A stretch of DNA of 22,166 bases from a virus: UHGV virus genome UHGV-0117806, one strand, 5' to 3'. Made by a program: the position numbers and the translations under genes. This document shows, one piece after another, positions 16,884-22,166 of this stretch. Under the pieces are notes generated by a model. It worked only from the letters and a program-made list of their open reading frames with translations, was not told where the DNA came from and searched no databases. The first letter of the stretch is position 1, and each line of letters starts with the position of its first letter.

Positions 16884-17063
16884 AGGGAAAAGGCCATGTC
16901 CCTTTTCAGGAACGGGAACGTCGCCGCAGGGAAAAGGCTGGAGGTTTTTCAGGGAAACGGTGGGAATCCCGCTATACGAACCGGGAAAAGGCTGGCTGCC
17001 GGTCGGGAAACGGGTACATCCCGGTACAGAGTGAGAGACGACTGCGGGAGCAGTGCGGGAAAT
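16884..17063. repeat. array of about 7 direct GGGAAA(A/C)GG-type repeats
   Basis: CAGGGAAAAGG 16884, CAGGAACGGGA 16908, CAGGGAAAAGG 16927, CAGGGAAACGG 16950, CGGGAAAAGGC 16982, CGGGAAACGGG 17004, CGGGAAATC 17055; spacing 23-32 bp. Track ORF 16896..17339 here is non-protein-like. Confidence 0.6.
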
Positions 17064-17330
17064 CTTCGGGAGTGCGCCTTACTCTTCACTCGCCTGAAAA
17101 TCGCGGGGGAGTGTCATTCCCTCTCGTGCAGCTACTGGACTCCAGTCTGCCAGACCATCATCGGATCTCAAGCGATTTCAGTAGGTTTTCGGGGAGAAGG
17201 ATATTCTGCCCACCAGCCCCGCGGCGCGCGTAGAGCAGAATATCGTAAATACTGGCTCCCGTGTCGTTCCCGGATATTCACTGCCCAGCCTGGCTTTCCC
17301 GACATAAAATCCTTTTTCGCCTTTGTCTTA

Positions 17331-17368
17331 TTGCGATAATAACACCAACAAGTAAACAACATATTTAG
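17331..17368 (+). promoter_or_regulatory. conserved promoter module (TGcGATAAT + degenerate palindrome)
   Basis: TTGCGATAATAACACCAACAAGTAAACAACATATTTAG upstream of ATG 17399. Confidence 0.5.
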
Positions 17369-17398
17369 ACGTTATAGAAACGAAGTGAGGATGAAGAG

Positions 17399-17617
17399 AT
17401 GATTAAGATGCCTGTGACGGTTGAGGTGTGGGGCGTGGATTCCCTGGCTGAGTGTCTGGATGCAGTGGGGCCGGAGTTGTACCGCAAGTTGTGGTCGTTC
17501 GTCCCGGCAGAAGGGGAATCGCCCAAAGGGAAGGATATCTGGCACCTGCTTAGTGAAGATGAAAAGCGGGAGCTGGTGGACGCGGTACACAGCGAGTTCC
17601 CGGACGACGAAGATTAA
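17399..17617 (+). CDS. hypothetical small strongly acidic protein (72 aa)
   Basis: GTGAGG then ATG 17399; about 18 Asp/Glu versus 7 Lys/Arg by my count, ending …EFPDDED. Confidence 0.7.
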   Translation: MIKMPVTVEVWGVDSLAECLDAVGPELYRKLWSFVPAEGESPKGKDIWHLLSEDEKRELVDAVHSEFPDDED

Positions 17618-17688
17618 GAGTGAGACCACCAGCACGGTGGCTTTTGTCGCTATTAACCTCCGGGGCAGCGCAGCACCGTAACGATATA

Positions 17689-17746
17689 CTTTGTGGCCGT
17701 TTTCTTACTGGTATTGTTTACGCAATTCAGAAAACAACATGTTTAA
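17689..17746 (+). promoter_or_regulatory. conserved promoter-operator module, class II (TTGTGG…TGgTATTGT + AACATGTT palindrome)
   Basis: CTTTGTGGCCGTTTTCTTACTGGTATTGTTTACGCAATTCAGAAAACAACATGTTTAA; near-identical to the 18180-18236 module. Confidence 0.55.
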
Positions 17747-17756
17747 GGATTGCTTT

Positions 17757-18086
17757 ATGTTTGCAAATATCGACATCAACCAAATCAAGAAAATGACTCA
17801 AAAAGAGTTTGACCAGTTTTATGAGTTAGAAGGTTGGTCTTCCACGCTGATCAATTCGCGCTGGGTGCTTGAGCTGATGACTCGTGATGATGCTCCTGCT
17901 TTGATTATTTGCGACATGGGTGAAGATGCTGACTTTATGGATATGAGCGAATTTTGTGTGGACACATACAACCGCAGCCAGAAGTACTACTTCACATGCG
18001 ATAGCGAGAATGACGTGATTTCTAAGCTCTATCTTCACCTTGTCCAGCATTGGGACGTGCAGGAATTCCTTGAGTTATTCGCGTAA
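17757..18086 (+). CDS. hypothetical acidic protein (109 aa)
   Basis: AAGGA 17745-17749 then ATG 17757; followed by hairpin AAGCCAGC-accgcct-GCTGGCTT (18096-18118). Confidence 0.7.
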   Translation: MFANIDINQIKKMTQKEFDQFYELEGWSSTLINSRWVLELMTRDDAPALIICDMGEDADFMDMSEFCVDTYNRSQKYYFTCDSENDVISKLYLHLVQHWDVQEFLELFA

Positions 18087-18179
18087 GCCCAACCAAAGCC
18101 AGCACCGCCTGCTGGCTTAACTTCTCTGTAGCCGCAGGGAAGAACCACCTTTAGATAATTCATGTGCCTGAGCAATATG

Positions 18180-18236
18180 CTTTGTAGCCGTTTTTACACT
18201 GGTATTATTTACGCCATTGAGAAAACAATTTGTTTA
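18180..18236 (+). promoter_or_regulatory. conserved promoter-operator module, class II (TTGTAG…TGgTATTAT + AAACAATTTGTTT)
   Basis: CTTTGTAGCCGTTTTTACACTGGTATTATTTACGCCATTGAGAAAACAATTTGTTTA; palindrome 18223-18235, 12 nt before ATG 18247. Confidence 0.55.
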
Positions 18237-18246
18237 CGGAGTGGTG

Positions 18247-18558
18247 ATGAATACTTCATTGGTGCTGGGTCTTGCTGAAGGCCAGGAGAGAAAAGAAAAA
18301 CCAACCTTAATGGGGCATCTCACATTGCTGGATATCGTAGCGAATGGGACTTCTATCCGTCTGTTTCGTGAAAAAGCCATTACCTTCGACGCGGGCAATT
18401 TTACGCGCTATGTGATGGTAGTTCGTCGCCAGCGTGGAAGAGGGTGGATGTCGGTCCAGAAAATGTGGCCAGAGGACCAGCTTGAACTGGCGCTGATGGA
18501 AGCCAACCGTGTCGCCCAACAAGAGATCCAACGAGCGTCTGTTCAGGCGGTAGCTTAA
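18247..18558 (+). CDS. hypothetical basic protein (103 aa)
   Basis: GGAG then ATG 18247; Arg-rich (VMVVRRQRGRGW), unlike its acidic neighbours. Confidence 0.65.
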   Translation: MNTSLVLGLAEGQERKEKPTLMGHLTLLDIVANGTSIRLFREKAITFDAGNFTRYVMVVRRQRGRGWMSVQKMWPEDQLELALMEANRVAQQEIQRASVQAVA

Positions 18559-18593
18559 ACATGTGCAAGCAGTAGTTAGTCGAATGTACGACA

Positions 18594-18620
18594 GCCCCGC
18601 CAATCCTTCGGGGCTTTTTT
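18594..18620 (+). terminator. Rho-independent terminator
   Basis: GCCCCG-ccaatcctt-CGGGGC followed by TTTTTT. Confidence 0.75.
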
Positions 18621-18679
18621 GTATTGTAAGTACTTACTTATGATAATAAAATTAAAAATTAAACACTAAGGAGAGTGAA

Positions 18680-19075
18680 ATGACCGTTAAACGCGAAAAT
18701 CTGACCCTGGATATGTATTATGCATCAGAGACGGAAAATGGAGACAAAGTTGCAAAAATTACAATTGTGCTACGCGATAATGCCTCCGGCGAAGAAGTTC
18801 ACACCAGTACCTTAACTCGCACCGGCGAGGCGACAAAGGGGAAATATTCGGTGCGTTACCAAAGCATCAGTAATGCTTCTGACCCTTTACTGATAAAACT
18901 GGAAACTCATTTCCGTGGCGCGGATCAGACGTTGTTTGAAAATTTGATGAAAAAGGTCGATACGGTTTATACATCGAGTTTAAATACCAATAGTACCTGG
19001 ATGGGACAACACGGTCTGCGAATAATCTCCGGCGAAAAGATCGACACCATTGTCCCTGAAAGCGTATTCGCTTAA
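18680..19075 (+). CDS. hypothetical protein (131 aa)
   Basis: AAGGAG then ATG 18680; preceded by TGTAAGTACTTACTTA (18625-18640) and a TTGTAA-17-TAAAAT promoter-like pair; followed by terminator 19088-19110. Confidence 0.7.
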   Translation: MTVKRENLTLDMYYASETENGDKVAKITIVLRDNASGEEVHTSTLTRTGEATKGKYSVRYQSISNASDPLLIKLETHFRGADQTLFENLMKKVDTVYTSSLNTNSTWMGQHGLRIISGEKIDTIVPESVFA

Positions 19076-19087
19076 TCCTCTTTGAAT

Positions 19088-19110
19088 GGCGCGTAAACCG
19101 CGCCATTTTC
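19088..19110 (+). terminator. Rho-independent terminator
   Basis: GGCGCG-taaac-CGCGCC followed by ATTTTC; then palindrome AACAATTTGTT (19122-19132). Confidence 0.65.
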
Positions 19111-19192
19111 TTATGCCCGATAACAATTTGTTTTCTGCCTTATCTGATTTGTGAAAATGATTTCACTGAAGCAACTTAATAAGGAAACCATC

Positions 19193-19567
19193 ATGGGACT
19201 TGATATCTATATCGAGACGCAGCCTAAAAACGATCTGAATAACGAGGCATCCAGAAAGCAGGTTGCTTACTTCCGTAAGTTCAATGCGCTCGTTGGGTGG
19301 ATGGAGCGCAACGTAGGTGAAGTCGAAAATTGTGAGCTTTTAGAATTAACGATGAATGACATTTGTTTTCTGAAGACTCATTTGATGCACATAAACGAAA
19401 GTAATTGCGAAGAGTACTTGCCTACCCAGGAAGGTTTTTTCTTCGGCAGTCAGGAGTACGATGAAGGTTACTGGCATGACGTGGGGGAGTTGAAAGAGAT
19501 TGTGGAAGATCTGATTAAGAACCACGACTTTCACAATAATAGACTGACCTTCTGCGCCTGGTGGTAA
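19193..19567 (+). CDS. hypothetical acidic protein (124 aa)
   Basis: AAGGA 19181-19185 then ATG 19193. Confidence 0.7.
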   Translation: MGLDIYIETQPKNDLNNEASRKQVAYFRKFNALVGWMERNVGEVENCELLELTMNDICFLKTHLMHINESNCEEYLPTQEGFFFGSQEYDEGYWHDVGELKEIVEDLIKNHDFHNNRLTFCAWW

Positions 19568-19569
19568 AT

Positions 19570-19713
19570 ATGGGCGATTTCAAGAAACGCCTGAAGGAGA
19601 GAGCCGAGATGGTCAGAAAGCGAAACGCCTCTTCTGTCATAAGATACGCAAGGCAGTTTAGTCGCAACAACAAATCAGTTGAGGAAAAGATCCTTAGCGT
19701 AATCGGGCGATAA
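19570..19713 (+). CDS. possible small basic peptide (47 aa; alternative start 19609 gives 34 aa)
   Basis: Below track cutoff. ATG 19570 two nt after stop of 19193..19567; internal ATG 19609 has AAGGAG 9 nt upstream; ends just before hairpin 19719-19742. Confidence 0.3.
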   Translation: MGDFKKRLKERAEMVRKRNASSVIRYARQFSRNNKSVEEKILSVIGR

Positions 19714-19718
19714 TTATT

Positions 19719-19742
19719 AAGGCCACCAGCATTGGTGGTCTT
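19719..19742 (+). terminator. hairpin terminator AAGGCCACCAG-catt-GGTGGTCTT followed by AAATGAC
   Basis: Near-identical to hairpin 20190-20213 and related to 13819-13840. Confidence 0.6.
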
Positions 19743-19850
19743 AAATGACTTTTAATAACCGAAGGTTAGTTTGAAACCTGGCTATCAACTTCCAGAACCT
19801 TTCTTGTGTATTCAGCCTGTATTAACTTCTTTTATGCCTTATCTACACTG

Positions 19851-19883
19851 CGATAATTACACCAACAAGAAAACAATATGTTT
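19851..19883 (+). promoter_or_regulatory. conserved promoter-operator module (TGcGATAAT + AAACAATATGTTT)
   Basis: CGATAATTACACCAACAAGAAAACAATATGTTTACG, then GAGG and ATG 19897. Confidence 0.55.
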
Positions 19884-19896
19884 ACGCAGTGAGGAT

Positions 19897-20184
19897 ATGC
19901 TCATGACTGATTTCACCATTACCCCTAAAGCACAAAATGTATTCCTTGAATCATGGCTGGACTTGCCGGAAACAGAACAGCAAGAAATGGATCATGTGGA
20001 ATATGACGAGCAGGTAAGCACGCGATTCTTCCACTTTGAGGGCTGCGTTTACGACATTGCCGACTTCATGCGAGATGACCGCTTCCCTGAATGGCACGCA
20101 AGCTATCCACTAAACGCCTTCGCCATGCTGATGATCCGTGTGGATGATTCAGGGGATACCATCGACATCGGTCTGCTCCACTAA
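19897..20184 (+). CDS. hypothetical acidic protein (95 aa; start 19897 or 19903)
   Basis: GAGG 19891-19894 then ATG 19897. Confidence 0.65.
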   Translation: MLMTDFTITPKAQNVFLESWLDLPETEQQEMDHVEYDEQVSTRFFHFEGCVYDIADFMRDDRFPEWHASYPLNAFAMLMIRVDDSGDTIDIGLLH

Positions 20185-20189
20185 AGAGT

Positions 20190-20213
20190 AAGGCCACCAA
20201 TGCTGGTGGCCTT
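20190..20213 (+). terminator. hairpin terminator AAGGCCACCA-atgc-TGGTGGCCTT followed by AAATGAC
   Basis: Perfect 10-bp stem directly after stop of 19897..20184. Confidence 0.65.
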
Positions 20214-20334
20214 AAATGACCATCCTGTTTCCCGCAGGCTAAAAACACCAACCTCTTACCTCCAGGCAACCGACAAACCCACCTGTTCCCGTCCGGCTAC
20301 CGCAACTTTCCACTTTGACGCCTTATTCGTACAA

Positions 20335-20367
20335 CGATAATTAACACCAACAAGAAAACAATTTGTT
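20335..20367 (+). promoter_or_regulatory. conserved promoter-operator module (GATAAT + AAAACAATTTGTT)
   Basis: CGATAATTAACACCAACAAGAAAACAATTTGTTATTTA, then AAGGA and ATG 20389. Confidence 0.55.
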
Positions 20368-20388
20368 ATTTACGATAAGGAATTAATC

Positions 20389-20871
20389 ATGAATTTTATC
20401 GCTACTGTAAACGCACCCGCACATGGCAATATCGCTGTAACGTTCTCTGATATTGAAAAACGAGTACTTGGTGCATGGCGCGACAATGAGACGGTAGAAC
20501 TGTCAGCACAAGAAAAATGCATTATTGCACGCGACATCATTTGCAATCGTCGTTACTCACGGGTAATTGAGAAAGCGTATGTCGCAAATTCTGGCTTCGG
20601 AACATTTGTCTTCCCGGTGCGCTCCGGGCGATTCTGCCAGTCCAAGCTGATTGAGTTCGCTACGCAGATTTCTGTCTGGATTAAAACTCAATCGTCGTTC
20701 AAATTTTCCGACGATGAAGCAGTATCGCAGGGGATGCGGATCGCCAACAATGCGATAAAATGCAAAAACATTACGTATGCCGCTGGCGTTGACACATGGA
20801 AACTGTTTTGCGCTAACTTTATGCTGAATGTATACGCAAGCAACCGCATCCACATCCTTGATGGCGTGTAA
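20389..20871 (+). CDS. hypothetical protein (160 aa)
   Basis: AAGGA then ATG 20389; followed by hairpin GGGCCAGAAACGGCCC + TTTCTCT (20881-20903). Confidence 0.7.
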   Translation: MNFIATVNAPAHGNIAVTFSDIEKRVLGAWRDNETVELSAQEKCIIARDIICNRRYSRVIEKAYVANSGFGTFVFPVRSGRFCQSKLIEFATQISVWIKTQSSFKFSDDEAVSQGMRIANNAIKCKNITYAAGVDTWKLFCANFMLNVYASNRIHILDGV

Positions 20872-20920
20872 CTGAGAAGAGGGCCAGAAACGGCCCTTTC
20901 TCTATAGCCACCAGCTGCCG

Positions 20921-21036
20921 CAGGGAAATTTTCAGAAACGGCGAGGAACGCATTCATGAGCCGACGGGAAACGGCCAAGATTTTTTCGGGAAACGGCGGG
21001 GGTCGCCTTTATGTAGAAAACTGAGCGGGAGAAACC
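20921..21036. repeat. second, shorter array of GGGAAA(A/C)GG-type repeats
   Basis: CAGGGAAATTT 20921, CGGGAAACGGC 20966, CGGGAAACGGC 20987, CGGGAGAAACC 21026; same motif as 16884-17063. Confidence 0.55.
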
Positions 21037-21470
21037 CGGAATCGCGCCAGAAATTGCGTAGCGGCGCTGGGGTAGCGCTGGTGGGGTTTCAGCCCCTGGG
21101 CCATCCAGATAGCTTTCGCTATGTGATTATGTGAATCCGTGGGTAAATCACTGTAAGCGCGTACACGTTGCCCAACGTGGCAATCATATGCGAGCGGATA
21201 CAAAACAACACAAAGAGCCGATCCGCGCCGACAAATAAACGCGGATCACATAGCAAGACTAAAAGCCAATGATTAACCATACTCTATAGCGCAATATAAC
21301 GCGTTTTAAGCGCGTTAATGTGTTAAGTAATGGGTATGTACTGACAAGGATATAAAAGCGCGTCTATGGCGTTATTTTGGTGCTTATTTTTATGTTGTTG
21401 GAGCGAGTTAAAGACAATAAAAAACGCGCCAATGATGGCGCGTTATGGTGGGAGTATTGGAAACGAAAAA

Positions 21471-21489
21471 AGCGCCCATAGTGGGCGCT
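21471..21489. repeat. 19-bp hairpin AGCGCCCA-tag-TGGGCGCT (copy 1)
   Basis: Identical copy at 21736-21754; the two flank the small minus-strand gene. This copy has A/T runs on both sides (terminator-like in both orientations). Confidence 0.6.
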
Positions 21490-21494
21490 CGATT

Positions 21495-21716
21495 TTATTT
21501 GTGTAAACTAATTTTGAATCCCATTTCTACAAACGCTTTTAACATTAAAAATATATCAGCGTCATTCACGTCTGCTTTTTTTCGCTCCTGGTCGTTCAAT
21601 AAGTCAATTTTGCGCGTTGTTTCATTTATAAACTCGACTGCGCGCCCAGCGATCCCAGCGATGCGATTAACATAATATTCATTATGGACGTTAACGCCAG
21701 CGATAAGAACAAACAT
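21495..21716 (-). CDS. hypothetical small protein (73 aa)
   Basis: Minus-strand SD AAGGAG 7 nt before ATG at 21716; flanked by identical 19-bp hairpins. Confidence 0.55.
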   Translation of the reverse strand: MFVLIAGVNVHNEYYVNRIAGIAGRAVEFINETTRKIDLLNDQERKKADVNDADIFLMLKAFVEMGFKISLHK

Positions 21717-21735
21717 GATTAAGCTCCTTAAAACT

Positions 21736-21754
21736 AGCGCCCATAGTGGGCGCT
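21736..21754. repeat. 19-bp hairpin AGCGCCCA-tag-TGGGCGCT (copy 2)
   Basis: Identical to 21471-21489; sits just upstream of the small gene's SD on the minus strand. Confidence 0.6.
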
Positions 21755-21798
21755 ATATCCATCTAATTACGCTTTGAAAGTATCAGCCAGATAGTTAT

Positions 21799-22166
<368 letters not shown>

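Noticed and set aside
16006-17339. ORFs 16006..16308 and 16896..17339 in the gene-free tract
   Set aside because: Both are low-complexity translations of skewed or repeat DNA (Thr/Lys/Gln-rich and Gly/Arg-rich), lack SDs, and overlap the direct-repeat arrays.
8913-20367. Possibility that the AAAACAA/TTGTTT palindromes are LexA, Fur or CRP sites
   Set aside because: They do not fit CTGT-N8-ACAG, the GATAATGAT-type Fur repeat, or TGTGA-N6-TCACA. The only true LexA-type site is 14224-14243.
8900-20900. Classical leading-region genes (ssb, psiB, psiA, ardA, klcA) expected in an anti-defence island
   Set aside because: None of the ORFs shows the motifs I know for these families (for example the ArdA N-terminal YxGTY…YNxG signature is absent). 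The island is reported as unknown content rather than force-fitted.
21009-21203. 64-aa minus-strand ORF in the GGGAAA-repeat / hairpin region
   Set aside because: No SD; overlaps repeat DNA; composition not protein-like.

Overview
This 22.2-kb window reads like accessory DNA of a large enterobacterial plasmid or phage-plasmid; that origin is an inference from gene content. Left third: an iteron-type replicon (RepFIB/P1-like RepA at 1999-3054, minus strand, with iteron arrays on both sides and two GATC-dense origin-like modules), a small operon of membrane/secreted proteins, a frameshifted or truncated phage-type Dam methyltransferase, and a plasmid-borne RNase HI. Middle: an Mrr-like PD-(D/E)xK nuclease fused to an unrecognised ~200-aa N-terminal domain, and a 561-aa protein with a C-terminal amino-methyltransferase fold followed by close-packed unknown genes. 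Right half (about 8.9-20.9 kb): an island of at least ten short, mostly acidic, unrecognisable proteins, each preceded by a copy of a conserved extended -10 promoter plus an AAAACAA-N(1-3)-TTGTTT palindrome and mostly followed by its own hairpin terminator. This island is my best candidate for an undescribed system (a co-regulated, possibly anti-defence, regulon). The window also holds one canonical LexA box, two gene-free repeat tracts, and the end of an IS5-family element at the right edge. No rRNA, tRNA or CRISPR array was seen. All coordinates and motifs were read by eye; no database search was possible, so family names are recognised from motifs only and most small proteins are hypothetical.
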